A stretch of DNA of 64,000 nt from the NCBI GenBank assembly GCA_964513435.1, contig CAZEMQ010000001.1:5883-69882 (forward strand). Reading direction: 5' to 3'. Source of the stretch: an uncultured Muribaculaceae bacterium. Lineage in GTDB: Bacteria > Bacillota_I > Bacilli_A > RF39 > UBA660. The translations under genes and the position numbers were made by a program. The first letter of the stretch is position 1, and each line of letters opens with the position of its first letter. Positions 18,769 through 30,046 of the stretch are shown in pieces. The notes under the pieces are model-generated. The model was not told the origin of the DNA. It was given only the letters and a program-made list of their open reading frames with translations, and ran no database searches.

Positions 18769-18910
18769 AACAGAAAGTTAAAAAAGATGAATTTGGAGTA
18801 AAAATAAAATATCCCGATAGAACTTGTAAAAAATGTAAAAAATACCCTTGTTTTCTTGGAATAGAAAAGTGTGTTTCTAATTTTGCAGCTTATGGGTGTA
18901 GATTGTTTAT

Positions 18911-19219
18911 ATGACTACATTATGTGAATTAATGGCTAAATGCGAAGATTATGGTTATGTAAATTATATTTTTAAAATATTAGAACTTGATGAGATTAAA
19001 AGGTTGGGGACTAAATATATTTTGGTTACTCAATTTCGTAATTGGGATCATAGATCAATTAATATAGGAGAAGTTGGATATTTAACTTTCTCTGAAATTA
19101 AAGCTGGGATTGATAAATGGTTTAATGGAGCAGAAATGATTCCTTATAATTATGATATGATTCAGTTTATTAAATTCATTTCAAAACCAGTAAAAGATGA
19201 AAATAAGTATATAATATAA
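18911..19219 (+). CDS. hypothetical protein
   Basis: ORF from the track. Confidence 0.3.
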   Translation: MTTLCELMAKCEDYGYVNYIFKILELDEIKRLGTKYILVTQFRNWDHRSINIGEVGYLTFSEIKAGIDKWFNGAEMIPYNYDMIQFIKFISKPVKDENKYII

Positions 19220-19254
19220 ATAACTTTAAAGTTTAACTAAAATAAAATAGAAGT

Positions 19255-20127
19255 ATGAGTAGCGTAATGAAAGACAAAATTATGGAAGCTATAGAAGCTA
19301 AAAACAATGACATTAAATCTTTTGTTTGGAAACTTGCAAAAAAATCAGATGGAACACAAGAAGAAATTAAATTAGTAGATGCAACTTCAGAACAACTTCA
19401 ATCATTTTATGATCATTGTATTTCTATGCTTTATAGTAAAGATAAAGTAAATCCCGGTAGATATACATTACTAAAAATAATAGAAGAACAAAGAGAAAAA
19501 TGTAATTTAGAGTTATTTCTTCGTAAATTAGAATCTGGAGAATTATGCGCTGATAAAAAACCTTATCCTCGTTATCTGTATATACAAGATATTAGGACAT
19601 TAGTAAAATTTAGAAAAGATGAATTTCCAGAAGATGAATTAGATAAAATTTCTATATCAGCAGCGGCTGGGAGATTACCAAGAGAATATGAAAGAATATC
19701 TATTAAAGATATAATTGAATCTCCCGAATCACTAGGATTTATAGATACTAAACATATTACGTTTAGTTTTATTTTAAACATGGGTATTTGTTTAACTCCG
19801 TCTGAAATGAGAGAGTTTAACGAAAAAGATGAAAATGGTAATGTTAGAAATAAATTAGAAGTAGTAAAAGAACGTTTAAATCTTAAACCATCAATTCATT
19901 TAATCGTTAAACCAGCAGGATTAAATTTTAATGAACTCAGAGCGATGCTTAATCTTAAATCTAAAAAATATACAGATCTTAGTACAGATCAATTAATTGC
20001 GTTAAGAAATAAAGTATTATTTAAATTAGAAGATGAAGTGCGCTATCATATAAAACAGTGGGAATTGAGAATGTATCAAATTGAGCTTGTAGCTAAAGAA
20101 AAAGGTATTGAGCTTGAGACAAAATGA
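19255..20127 (+). CDS. hypothetical protein
   Basis: ORF from the track. Confidence 0.3.
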   Translation: MSSVMKDKIMEAIEAKNNDIKSFVWKLAKKSDGTQEEIKLVDATSEQLQSFYDHCISMLYSKDKVNPGRYTLLKIIEEQREKCNLELFLRKLESGELCADKKPYPRYLYIQDIRTLVKFRKDEFPEDELDKISISAAAGRLPREYERISIKDIIESPESLGFIDTKHITFSFILNMGICLTPSEMREFNEKDENGNVRNKLEVVKERLNLKPSIHLIVKPAGLNFNELRAMLNLKSKKYTDLSTDQLIALRNKVLFKLEDEVRYHIKQWELRMYQIELVAKEKGIELETK

Positions 20128-20274
20128 TAAAATAAAGATGTTATACTAATGTATACTCTATTTTTCTTTTATCTTTGAACAAAATGATACTCTATGTCGT
20201 TAATTGTAATAAGGATGAAATGTTTGGGAATTTTATTAGATAAACTTATAGTTAAAGAAAAGGTATTGAATTGA

Positions 20275-22619
20275 TTGAAGCGAATGAATAGAGATGAAAG
20301 ACAAACTTTATGTATTAAAAGATGGATAAACACTAAAGGACGCGCAAGCATTGTTGCAGCCACTGGATTTGGGAAGAGCTACGTTGGATTACGAATTATT
20401 CGAGGAATTATATCTAAGAAACGTGATTGCAAGGTTATAATTGTAGTTCCAACTATTACTTTAAAAGAGCAATGGACTAAATCAATTGATAAATGGGGAT
20501 TTACTCTTAATTGTGATATACAGGTTATAAATACTTCTATTAATAAAGAGCAAAATTGTGACTTATTAATAATTGATGAATGTCATACTGCGAATGCTGA
20601 TACTTTTAAACAAGTATTTGAAAAAATAAAGTATAGATGGATTCTTGGTCTTACAGCTACATTTGAGAGAATTGATGGTAAGCACGAAATATGCAGTAAG
20701 TATTGTCCAGTATGTGATACAATTTCAATAAATGAATGTTTAGAGAATGGTTGGGTTTCTCCTTTTAAGGAATATCAAGTTATTATTGATGTGGATGACA
20801 TTAATATTTATAAAGGATACAGTAAAGAATTTACTAAGTCTTTTGAATTTTTTGGGTTATGTGGCCCCTATTATTAGTAATAATAGAAAACCCTTTGAAA
20901 ATCTGAACCCCCATTTACATTTTGTTTTGTGTGTAAAATTTAGTAAATTTGTATTATAAATATTGACTAAATTTTAAAACTATGACTGAAAAAGAATTAG
21001 AAAAATTAAAAACATTAGAAAAATGGGAAACAGATAACCAAGGTTTAATTAAAGGAGATTGGAAATTACTAGAAGTATATAAAGAAATAAAAAAGCCTCA
21101 TCAAAAATATTGTATTATAGAATGTATTCATTGTGGTGAGACTAGATTAGTTTTGTATTACAATTTTCTAAAAAAAGAGTCCCCAAGACCATGTACTAAA
21201 TGTGGTGGAAAATGGATCACTTGGGGCAAATCTATGGTTGGCAAAATTGTAGGACATTATAAAATACTTAAATACATTGAGTGTATTAAAAGAATTTCTA
21301 ATAACAAGATAGATGTTTTCTTTAAAGTATAGTGTATATATTGTGGAGATATTAAAGAGAGAGAATTATATAACAAATCTAATTGGAATAGATATAAATT
21401 ATGTCCAAAATGTCCTAGAAGAAGAAACGATTATTATACTGTTAGATATAAAGAATATCAAAACGGAGCTAAATCTAGAAATTTAGCATGGAATCTTTCT
21501 TTAGAAGATTTTATTAAAATTAGTACTAGTAATTGTTTTTACTGTGGAGCAGAAGCCTAGGTACAAAATAGAGTACAACATGGTTGCTTAGTATCTTTAG
21601 AAGGAAATTTTAATGGAATTGACAGAGTAGATTCTAATTATGGATATACTGTAGATAACTGTGTTCCATGTTGTTCTCATTGTAATATGATGAAAATGCA
21701 CTATACAAAAGAAGAATTTTTATCTTAGATTTATAAAATATATCTTCATTCAATTAAACAAGGTCAAGAGACTATCGAAAACACATCTAATGATGGAAGT
21801 GAGTAGAGTACATTACAAGCTAATGGTAATGGAAGCGGAGGGTGTCCTATAAAGGATAATGAGATAGTCCAATCTATATAGTAATATATAGCAGTTCATA
21901 AGAGAACGTATATAACGTTGCGAGTTATATAGAATATAAATGTCGACTGGAACAAAGTAAATTCTTGTCTTGGTAAAGATGGATATAAATACCGTTATCA
22001 ACTAAGTAAGGAAATGTGTCCTAATGATGAGGAGAAAAGAAAAAACATGATGAAAAACATTACTTATCATGCAACTAACTTTATGCGTGTTCTTCAAGCT
22101 AGAAAATCATTTATCAATAATCATCCAAAGAAATTAGAAATAGCTAGAAAAATTATTGAAGCTAGACCTAATTCTAAAATTATTACTTTTAGTAATAGTA
22201 TAAAAATGGCTGAATCTATTGGAATAGGCCCTGTCTATTCTGGAAAAGATAGTAAGAAAAAAGGCAGAATTACGCTTGAAGAATATATTAATGGTAATTA
22301 TCAAGTTCTAAATACAATAAGAAAAGCAGATGCTGGTCTTGATATTCCGTCTATTTCTGTTGCTATAATTATAGGTACAGATAGTAGTAAAATTAGAGCA
22401 ATACAACGCCTTGGACGTACTTGTCGTTTTGAAGAAGACAAACGTGCTGAGATTTTTAACATCATTATTAATAATAGTGTGGAATTATCTTGGTTTGCTA
22501 ATTCACATCCAGATAATAACTATATTACAATAGACGAAAATGGACTTGATCAAGTCTTGAAAGGAGAAGAGCCTAAACTATATACTAAAAAGGTAAAGGA
22601 TTTTCAATTTAGATATTAA
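20275..22619 (+). CDS. SF2 (DEAD/DEAH-like) DNA helicase, interrupted: exon 1 20275..~20860, exon 2 ~21990..22619
   Basis: N part carries motif I ATGFGKS, motif II IIDECH and motif III LTATFER. C part carries motif V TIRKADAGLDIP and motif VI QRLGRTCR. A ~1.1-kb insertion lies between them. Confidence 0.6.
20861..21990 (+). mobile_element. putative group I intron carrying an HNH homing-endonuclease gene
   Basis: Splits the helicase. An R-like element TATTGACTAAA lies upstream of the HEG and an S-like element AATGAGATAGTCC downstream. Boundaries approximate. Confidence 0.5.
20982..21884 (+). CDS. HNH homing endonuclease, TAG-recoded (5 in-frame TAG)
   Basis: Track ORF 20982..21332 ends in TAG and the frame continues. 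CxxC...CxxC zinc ribbon, then NGIDRVDSNYGYTVDNCVPCCSHCNMMK as in the HNH_3 family. Confidence 0.6.
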
Positions 22620-22731
22620 ATTTATAACAAAATACCAGAACTTTTAAAGCCGTATGTAATTAATAAAGATTCGAGAGAATCATACACTATTGCAGTTTGT
22701 AGATATATTTAACTATATAACTATAAACTGA

Positions 22732-23349
22732 ATGTTAAATCTTACAACTAATTTAGAAAATGAAATCTCTTTATTAAAGAAGTATAAAATTACTTCTAAT
22801 GAATTAATGTTTATAAGAACTCTTCTTATTTTACAAGATGAGGAAAATGAGAACCTATTTAAAGATTATATAGAAAGTTTAAGAGAATGTAATATAAAGT
22901 TAAGAGATATATTAATTTCATTACAACAGAAAGGAATTATATTAAAAAGTTTTAAAATTCCAACGGAAGGAACAAGATTTAACCCACATGAAATACCAAT
23001 TAATAAAATATTTATAAAAACATTGTATAAAAGTTCTTTTAAACTCGGAAAAGAATTATTTGAAAAATATCCACAATCGTGCATTATAAATGGAAATATT
23101 GTCATGCTGAGATCAGTATCTAAACATTTTAATTCGTTAGAGGATTGTTATTATAGATATGGAAAAAACATCGGATGGAATGAAGAAAAACATAAAAAGA
23201 TAATAGAACTTCTAGAATGGGGTAAAGAAAATAATATAATTCAACAGTCATTATCATCATTTGTTATAAATAATGCTTGGTTAGATTTAGAAGCTATTAA
23301 AAATGGCAATTCTAGTAATTATAACTTTGAAAACATTAAGATGCTATGA
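22732..23349 (+). CDS. hypothetical protein
   Basis: ORF from the track. Confidence 0.3.
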   Translation: MLNLTTNLENEISLLKKYKITSNELMFIRTLLILQDEENENLFKDYIESLRECNIKLRDILISLQQKGIILKSFKIPTEGTRFNPHEIPINKIFIKTLYKSSFKLGKELFEKYPQSCIINGNIVMLRSVSKHFNSLEDCYYRYGKNIGWNEEKHKKIIELLEWGKENNIIQQSLSSFVINNAWLDLEAIKNGNSSNYNFENIKML

Positions 23350-24419
23350 TTACTGAGTCGTTAATAGAAGCTATCGACAGAGGACGTGAGGGGAAAGAAC
23401 AAGGTATTAGTATCGGACTACCAAAATTGGAACAATATATAGATGGAGTATGTAAAGGAGTATACACACTTACTATGGCTGAAAGTGGAGTAGGTAAATC
23501 CAGTTTTATGCTTTATTCTTATGTGTATAGACCTCTTATTGATCATTTGGATGATAATAAACTGCGAATAAGTATATTCTCATTAGAAATGAATGCAAAT
23601 ATGCTTATGGCTAAATTACTTTCTACTTATATATTTGAACATTATAATGTTAGATTAAGTATAAAACAATTATTATCTGTACAAAGAGGTTTTAGATTAA
23701 ATGACAATTGTTATAAAATTGTACAAGAGTGTATTCCTTGGATGAAAAAAGTTGAATCTGTACTTACCATCTATGATAAAAGTGCTACAGCAAACTTTAT
23801 ATATAAAAGTTTGTTAAATGAACTTAATAATAGAGGTAAGTTTATAGAAACTGAACATCGAAAAATATATATTCCGAATGATCCTAATTTAACCCATATT
23901 GTTATTGTTGATCATATTGGTAGAATTATGCCTAGTGCAGGTTCTACATTAAAACAAGAAATGGATTTAGCTTCTAAGTATTTATATTCTTTAAAAAATA
24001 GATGTAATATTACTCCTATTGTCATTCAACAGATGAATAGAAGTATTCAAAGCATGGATCGTAGGAAAGAATCAATGATAACACCTTTAACCTCGGATGC
24101 AAAGGATACTAATGCTACAATTGAAGATGCAGAATCAATATTAGCTATATTTTCTCCAGATAAAGCTAAACTTAGTACATATAAAGGATATGACATAAAA
24201 GAGTTAGGCGATTCGTTTAGAAGTATTCATGTATTGAAATCTAGATATGGTGAAGCTAATGTTGAAGATGCTGTTTACTACGATGGTAAATGTAACAAAT
24301 GGATTGAATTACCACGAGCTAATGAAATTAATGATTACGAAAAGTATAAAAATCCTAGATGGTATTTAGAAAAAGATAAAGAAGATAATGAAAAACAAAA
24401 TTTTGATTTTACAATATGA
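23346..24419 (+). CDS. DnaB-family replicative helicase (RecA-like domain)
   Basis: Walker A ESGVGKSSF, Walker B IVIVDHIG, arginine finger region. Confidence 0.55.
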   Translation: MITESLIEAIDRGREGKEQGISIGLPKLEQYIDGVCKGVYTLTMAESGVGKSSFMLYSYVYRPLIDHLDDNKLRISIFSLEMNANMLMAKLLSTYIFEHYNVRLSIKQLLSVQRGFRLNDNCYKIVQECIPWMKKVESVLTIYDKSATANFIYKSLLNELNNRGKFIETEHRKIYIPNDPNLTHIVIVDHIGRIMPSAGSTLKQEMDLASKYLYSLKNRCNITPIVIQQMNRSIQSMDRRKESMITPLTSDAKDTNATIEDAESILAIFSPDKAKLSTYKGYDIKELGDSFRSIHVLKSRYGEANVEDAVYYDGKCNKWIELPRANEINDYEKYKNPRWYLEKDKEDNEKQNFDFTI

Positions 24420-26670
24420 GTATAGTATTACCAAGTAAACCTATTCCTAGTGTTACACAAGATCCTAAGAATTTGATAATATATGGTATGCCAAAGATTA
24501 ATACTAGTCGAGCAGTTTAGGAATAAACTGTGTTAAATGGGCAAAAACGGTGAACCTCTTATATTTCTTTTTTAACATAATTTACCTACTATAATTCACT
24601 ATAAATATTTAAATTTGTATAATTAAATTTTTAATTATGCAAATAAATAGAAATAAGTATTCAATTGAATTTTATAACGAATGTGCGAAATATATTAATG
24701 AAGGACATTCGTTAAAGGAATGTGCAAATAAGTATAATATAAATTATACTACACTTAGATAGAATTTAACAAAATTAGGTCTAAGAAAACCCAATAGAGT
24801 AGGGAAGATTAATAAAACGGTTAGTTTTAATGAAAATTATTTTGATAATATAGATAATCATAATAAAGCATATTATCTAGGATTATTAATGTCTGACGGA
24901 TATATTTGCAAAACACCATATTCATTTCAAGTTGGAATTTCTTTACAAAAAGAAGATTCTTACATTTTAGAGAAATTAAAGGAAGAAATGAAATCTACTG
25001 CTAAAATATCTGAATATAAAAATTCTAATAAAATTGTATTTACAGGTAGTGAACATTTATTCAATGTGCTAAAATCTTATGGTTTTAGTGAAAATAAATC
25101 TCATAAAGATTATACAATTCCTAACATACCTAGACAATTTATTAATTCTTTTGTTAGAGGATATTTTGACGGAGATGGTTGTATTACTATTAAGTCTACT
25201 GGTTATGTTGTCATATCCATATGTTGTAATTCTAAAATATTTTTAGATTCTTTATGTAATGTATTAACTAATGAGTTTGATATTCCTGACATTAGAGTGA
25301 AACAAGAGCAAGGAAAAAGAAAAATCCATTATATGTTCTATATATTACAAAAAAGAGTAATCAACTATTGTTTAAAGACTTTATATATCAAAGTGATGAA
25401 ATAAAACTAATTAGAAAATATGAGAAATTTAAGAAAATACCGTGCTAACTTAAATAATTGCGAAAGGTATTTAAGTAGTGTAACGCGTAGTAGTTGAATA
25501 AATATAATACTGCCAAGAGTGTCCACATCCCAACTGAAATAAGTGGATGAAAATGTACGCTGAGCTGGTCTGAATTGACAGACGTATCTTTTTAAAAGTA
25601 TGAGAGAAATCTCCAGAATTTAGAGATAAAAAGCTCTAAAGATAACATAACTGTGGAAAGACAACCATTTTATCAACATTAGAAGATAATTTATTATTAG
25701 ATTTTGAAGATGGATCTGATTATGTAAATGCACTTAAAGTTAAAATACATAATCTTAATGAATTTGGAGAATTATGTAAAGCATTAAATGAATCTGAACA
25801 TAAATATAGATTCATTACAATTGATACAGTAACTGCATTGGAAGATTTTGTAAAACCATTGGCATTAAATATGTACAAAAAAACTCCTGCTGGAGCGGGA
25901 TATGTTGGCGATATTATAAATGCACCAATGGGAGCAGGCTATGGATTTATAAGACAGGCTATTGAATACGTAATAGACAAATTAGCATCATATACAACTA
26001 ATATTATATTAGTAGGACACGTAAAAGACAAAACTATTACTTCATTAGAAGGTAAGGAGCTAGGCTCTGTTAAAGATTTCGACTTAACTGGTAGAATGTT
26101 AAAATAATTTTGCCGTTCTTAAAAGTGATTTTAAGAATAATGACGGGGTAATATCGGAGAAGGCTAAAAATTGGATAGATTTACATAAAAATGTAGATTT
26201 CACAATTCATGCTAATTCCGAGATAAGTACAGAAACTAAAGAGTCTGTACCATCGTAACGCATAGGTATTGAATCTGAAAAATCAGAATATAATATACCC
26301 AAGAGTATCCCGCATCTTTCATATAAGATGAAAATATATGCTGAGCTGGTCTGAATTGACAGAAGGTAAGTTAATTACGGGTTAATTAACCATGAGAGAA
26401 ATCTCCAGAATTTAGAGATAAAAAACTCTAAAGATAACATAACTGAAAACAGGTCGAATATTAGCTAGTAAGAGCGATGCTATCGGGTTTGTGTATCGCG
26501 ATTCAGAGAGTAATTTATGTATTAATTTTGAAACTAATGGTATTGCTTCAGCGGGTGCGAGACCTGCACATTTAGCAAATAAAAAAATAGTTGTAGCAGA
26601 AAGACAGGAAGATGGAAGTTTTATTTCACATTGGGAAAGAATTTATCCAAGTCTTAAAAGTGATAAATAA
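24416..26670 (+). CDS. Sak4-like (AAA_24) recombination ATPase, three exons (24416..24498, 25654..~26092, 26446..26670)
   Basis: Spliced Walker A ...LIIYGMPKI|GKTTIL is reconstituted across intron 1. Exon 3 gives ...ARPAHLANKKIVV...; SSB gene downstream. Confidence 0.55.
24499..25653 (+). mobile_element. group I intron 1 in the Sak4-like gene, carrying a LAGLIDADG HEG
   Basis: Exon 1 ends in U and the intron ends in G. P-like AATAATTGCGAAAGG; 3' core shared with intron 2. Confidence 0.55.
24637..25404 (+). CDS. LAGLIDADG homing endonuclease with N-terminal HTH, TAG-recoded (TAG at 24760)
   Basis: LGLLMSDGY and RGYFDGDGCI are the two LAGLIDADG motifs. The frame is continuous from ATG 24637 through the TAG. 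Confidence 0.6.
26093..26445 (+). other. group I intron 2 in the Sak4-like gene (ORF-less)
   Basis: A ~170-bp 3' core near-identical to 25480..25653 (...ATGCTGAGCTGGTCTGAATTGACAGA...GAGAGAAATCTCCAGAATTTAGAGATAAAAA.CTCTAAAGATAACATAACTG). The 5' boundary is uncertain. Confidence 0.5.
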
Positions 26671-27254
26671 TGATTAAGGAAACGTTTACAGTAAAATTAA
26701 CTTATGAAATGTCGGTAGATTCTGACACTGGTAATATTATAGAAACAAAATTAATAAGTAGAGAAATAGATAACTCTGATATAAAACCAAAAACTTCTAA
26801 AAAGAAAATAGAAGATTCTGATACAGAACCTAAGTTATATATAGAAAATAATAAATATAGACTTAATAATGCTGCTATTAAATTAATGAATATTAATAGT
26901 GGTGATAAATTGTCTATAACTTATGAACAAGGAAAAAATGAAGTTTTCCCTATTATAGCACTAAGTGAGGTTTTAGGAGAACGAGATGGTAATAAATTAA
27001 CTAAATCTAATACTGTTATATTGAAAGGCGCAAAGTATGAAGCTCTTTCAAAATATGGTACAGAATTTACAATACTTACTCATCCAAACAAAGAGAATGT
27101 ATTCATACTAAATTCAGGGAAAATTCCAGAAGTTTTAGAAGGTGATGAAAATATATATGCTGAAGATGATATTTTCGATTTAGATATTAAAGATATGGTA
27201 GAAGATGAATCAGATATAACTGAAATTGATTCAAATTTTTTTAAACTAGACTAA
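26670..27254 (+). CDS. hypothetical acidic protein
   Basis: ORF from the track. Confidence 0.3.
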   Translation: MIKETFTVKLTYEMSVDSDTGNIIETKLISREIDNSDIKPKTSKKKIEDSDTEPKLYIENNKYRLNNAAIKLMNINSGDKLSITYEQGKNEVFPIIALSEVLGERDGNKLTKSNTVILKGAKYEALSKYGTEFTILTHPNKENVFILNSGKIPEVLEGDENIYAEDDIFDLDIKDMVEDESDITEIDSNFFKLD

Positions 27255-27257
27255 TTT

Positions 27258-27956
27258 ATGAGTGAATTTAATTTTTCGTTGGATAATGCACAAATTTCTT
27301 CAAAATCTGGTAATTATTTTAAATTTTATACTATTAACAAGATTAATAAAATTAGTGCCGAAATGGCTAACGGTACCACTTCTGACGGAAAAGAATGGAA
27401 AGCAGTAGATATTACTTTTAAAGGTGATGAAGGAGAGCATAGAGAAAGATATTTTATACCAGCTACTGTAGATGAAGGTGTTACCAGAGCTACTTTTGCC
27501 AATGGAGGTGAATCTCCATCGCCTTATGAAATATTGAAACAATTAGCTGTTCATGTTCTTGGAACTTATTCAACAGAAGCATACGATAAGTTTGTATTGT
27601 ATTGTAAGAAGATAAAAAATATGGATCAATTCGTTAGTGGATTTATAAAACTATTGAATGATGCGCCATCTAAAGAATTGTATTTAAAAGTAGTTGGTAA
27701 AAATTCTAAAGGAACTATATATGCAAAACTTCCAAAACCATGTGGTATTGAAAAAGATGCAGATGGAAATTTCACGGATAAAACTTTTCCTATTAACTTT
27801 TTAAGTGAAAAACCATTAACTTTTACTGCTTACGAAGAAAAAGAAAGAGCAAAATTAAGTAATGCTAAGCCAACTGAAATGGACTCAAATGTGGAAACGA
27901 ATACTGATACTAATGAAAATAATGATGATGAAGAAATAGATTTTAGTCTTTTATAA
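27258..27956 (+). CDS. single-stranded DNA-binding protein
   Basis: Acidic C-terminal tail DDEEIDFSLL resembles the SSB DDDIPF tip; position next to the annealing ATPase. Confidence 0.45.
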   Translation: MSEFNFSLDNAQISSKSGNYFKFYTINKINKISAEMANGTTSDGKEWKAVDITFKGDEGEHRERYFIPATVDEGVTRATFANGGESPSPYEILKQLAVHVLGTYSTEAYDKFVLYCKKIKNMDQFVSGFIKLLNDAPSKELYLKVVGKNSKGTIYAKLPKPCGIEKDADGNFTDKTFPINFLSEKPLTFTAYEEKERAKLSNAKPTEMDSNVETNTDTNENNDDEEIDFSLL

Positions 27957-27976
27957 TAAAATAAATCAAAACTTAT

Positions 27977-29011
27977 ATGGGTTTTGATTTTAAAATACAC
28001 CCTATACTTTCTTCCGAATATATATTGTCTAAAATTTCGGAAGAGAGTATATTTAGTTTTTATTTAGGAATCAGTTTGTATAAAAAAGGGTTATTCTGTA
28101 GTCCTTTACGTAATGATAAACACCCTACTTGTTCTATATATAGAAATAGAAAAGGTAAATTAATTTTTAAGGATTTTGGAACTGGACAATATTTGGATTG
28201 CTGGAATTTAGTAATGACTTTGTTTAATTGTAGTTATCATGAAGCATTAAAAATTATAGCAAAAGATTTCGGATTAACAAGTGAATCTGAAGTTAAAAGA
28301 AAAGCAGTTCCTACAAATATTAAAATAAAGAAAAATGAAATTGCTAAAATACAAGTTCAAATTAAAGATTTTTCTGATATAGAATTAAAATGGTGGAAAA
28401 AATATGGAATTACACTAGATATACTTAAAAAGTTTAACGTTTACTCATGTAAATATGTTTTTTTAAATGGTAATATCATATCTGAATCTAAACAACATTG
28501 TCCAATATATGGTTATTATGGAGGTAAAATAAATAAAAATGGTGAAAAAATTGAATTATGGAGATGTTATTTCCCAAAGAGAAAAGAATATAGATTTATT
28601 GGAAATTATCCGTCAAAGAAAATACAAGGTTATAATCAACTTCCTAAAAACGGAAAATTGTGTGTAATTACAAAAAGTATGAAAGATTGTTTATCAATGT
28701 ATTCTTGTGGAATAACAGCCATCGCACCATGTTCAGAAAATTCATTTATTTCGGATACGGTATTGAAAGATTTAAAAAAGAGATTTAAGTATATTGTGGT
28801 TTTTTACGATAACGATATTCCTGGAATCCTTAATATGAGAAAAATTAGAAAAAAATATCCAGAATTAAATTTTTTTTTCATACCTAAAAAATATGAAGCT
28901 AAGGATTTTTCTGACTTTTATGCAAAATATGGAAGAAAAAAAACTTTAGAAATGATTAAATATTATATTCAAGAATTAAAAATATCAGGAAATAAAAATC
29001 TTGAAAATTAA
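27977..29011 (+). CDS. DNA primase (zinc-binding N-terminus + TOPRIM)
   Basis: CSPLRNDKHPTCS zinc-finger-like segment; TOPRIM signature GKLCVITKSMKDCL...VFYDNDIPG. Confidence 0.5.
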   Translation: MGFDFKIHPILSSEYILSKISEESIFSFYLGISLYKKGLFCSPLRNDKHPTCSIYRNRKGKLIFKDFGTGQYLDCWNLVMTLFNCSYHEALKIIAKDFGLTSESEVKRKAVPTNIKIKKNEIAKIQVQIKDFSDIELKWWKKYGITLDILKKFNVYSCKYVFLNGNIISESKQHCPIYGYYGGKINKNGEKIELWRCYFPKRKEYRFIGNYPSKKIQGYNQLPKNGKLCVITKSMKDCLSMYSCGITAIAPCSENSFISDTVLKDLKKRFKYIVVFYDNDIPGILNMRKIRKKYPELNFFFIPKKYEAKDFSDFYAKYGRKKTLEMIKYYIQELKISGNKNLEN

Positions 29012-29894
29012 AATAAATAAATGTAAAATGATTATTCTCAACCCTAAAATAGAACTGTTAGAACAAGGAGATAACATCGTTTCCCACGTTGCTCGTTGTG
29101 CCCGTGTTTGTTATGATAAAGAAACTGGTAATAATGATGAAAGATTATATAACGATTTGATTAAAAGAAAGCATTTCAGCGTCTTTAGGCACGTAAGTTA
29201 TTATGCCATTGTGCCCGCTGATAATATGTATAGTAGAACACATATGACCACAATGTGTGAAAGATACCTATCATGCCCTTATATAAGCATTAAATATCAC
29301 AATAGCGCATATTATATTGCTACTAATGGTAATTTCGTGCTTGACAACAAAGGAGCTGTAATATATGATATATTAAATAGGTATCAAGTTTCTCCTGAAG
29401 AGTTTGCTAATACAGAAGTAGGTCACTCCATGATGCGCTATACTTTTAAAATTATCACTCAAATTAGTACTTCTCGTGAGTTAAATCGCGTATCTCCTAA
29501 TAATATCACTGAACTTTCAAGCAGGTACGTTGATCTAAAGAATGGAACTATATGTAGACCACACTGGATGACAGAAGAAGAAGCTAACGATTGGAATAAA
29601 GGCAACTATAGCCTATTAAAACAAGCTACATGTTATTATGCAATACAATGTGCTTCAGTTTTTGAAAGTTATGAAGAATTAATAAACGAATATAATTTCA
29701 AGCGTGAAGATGCTCGTGGTGTTCTTCCTCTTGATACTGCTACTAAAGTTATCTATACATATTCTATTGAAGAATGGACAGACATTATTAATAAACGCGT
29801 CAATATGATTACTGGTCGTGCTCACGAAAATGCTAAAATTGTTATCAATATGGTTAAAAGTGAACTTGAAGGATTAGGTTATGAATTTAAATAA
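29001..29894 (+). CDS. thyX: flavin-dependent thymidylate synthase ThyX
   Basis: FRHVSYY and ISTSRELNRVSP...SSRY resemble the ThyX RHR/SxR motifs. Confidence 0.55.
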   Translation: MKIKINKCKMIILNPKIELLEQGDNIVSHVARCARVCYDKETGNNDERLYNDLIKRKHFSVFRHVSYYAIVPADNMYSRTHMTTMCERYLSCPYISIKYHNSAYYIATNGNFVLDNKGAVIYDILNRYQVSPEEFANTEVGHSMMRYTFKIITQISTSRELNRVSPNNITELSSRYVDLKNGTICRPHWMTEEEANDWNKGNYSLLKQATCYYAIQCASVFESYEELINEYNFKREDARGVLPLDTATKVIYTYSIEEWTDIINKRVNMITGRAHENAKIVINMVKSELEGLGYEFK

Positions 29895-29899
29895 AAAAT

Positions 29900-30046
29900 A
29901 TGTATAAGAATTTATATAAACCAGCAGGTTCTGAGACTACATTTTCTTTAGTCGCTTCTTATGTTTATGACACAATAGAACTTCTTGAAACTTATACTGA
30001 TAAAAATGGGCGTATTGCTATTAAAGAAATTGAATGGGAGGAATAG
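29900..30046 (+). CDS. small protein (48 aa), paralog of ~56880..56970
   Basis: Shares ...IAIKEIEWEE with the second copy; ends TAG..TAG-TAA. Confidence 0.3.
   Translation: MYKNLYKPAGSETTFSLVASYVYDTIELLETYTDKNGRIAIKEIEWEE

Noticed and set aside
20275-26670. Split helicase, Sak4 and polymerase genes as frameshifted pseudogenes
   Set aside because: The motifs are intact on both sides. Conserved group I core elements and/or homing-endonuclease genes lie exactly in the gaps. Splicing restores Walker A and polymerase motif A.
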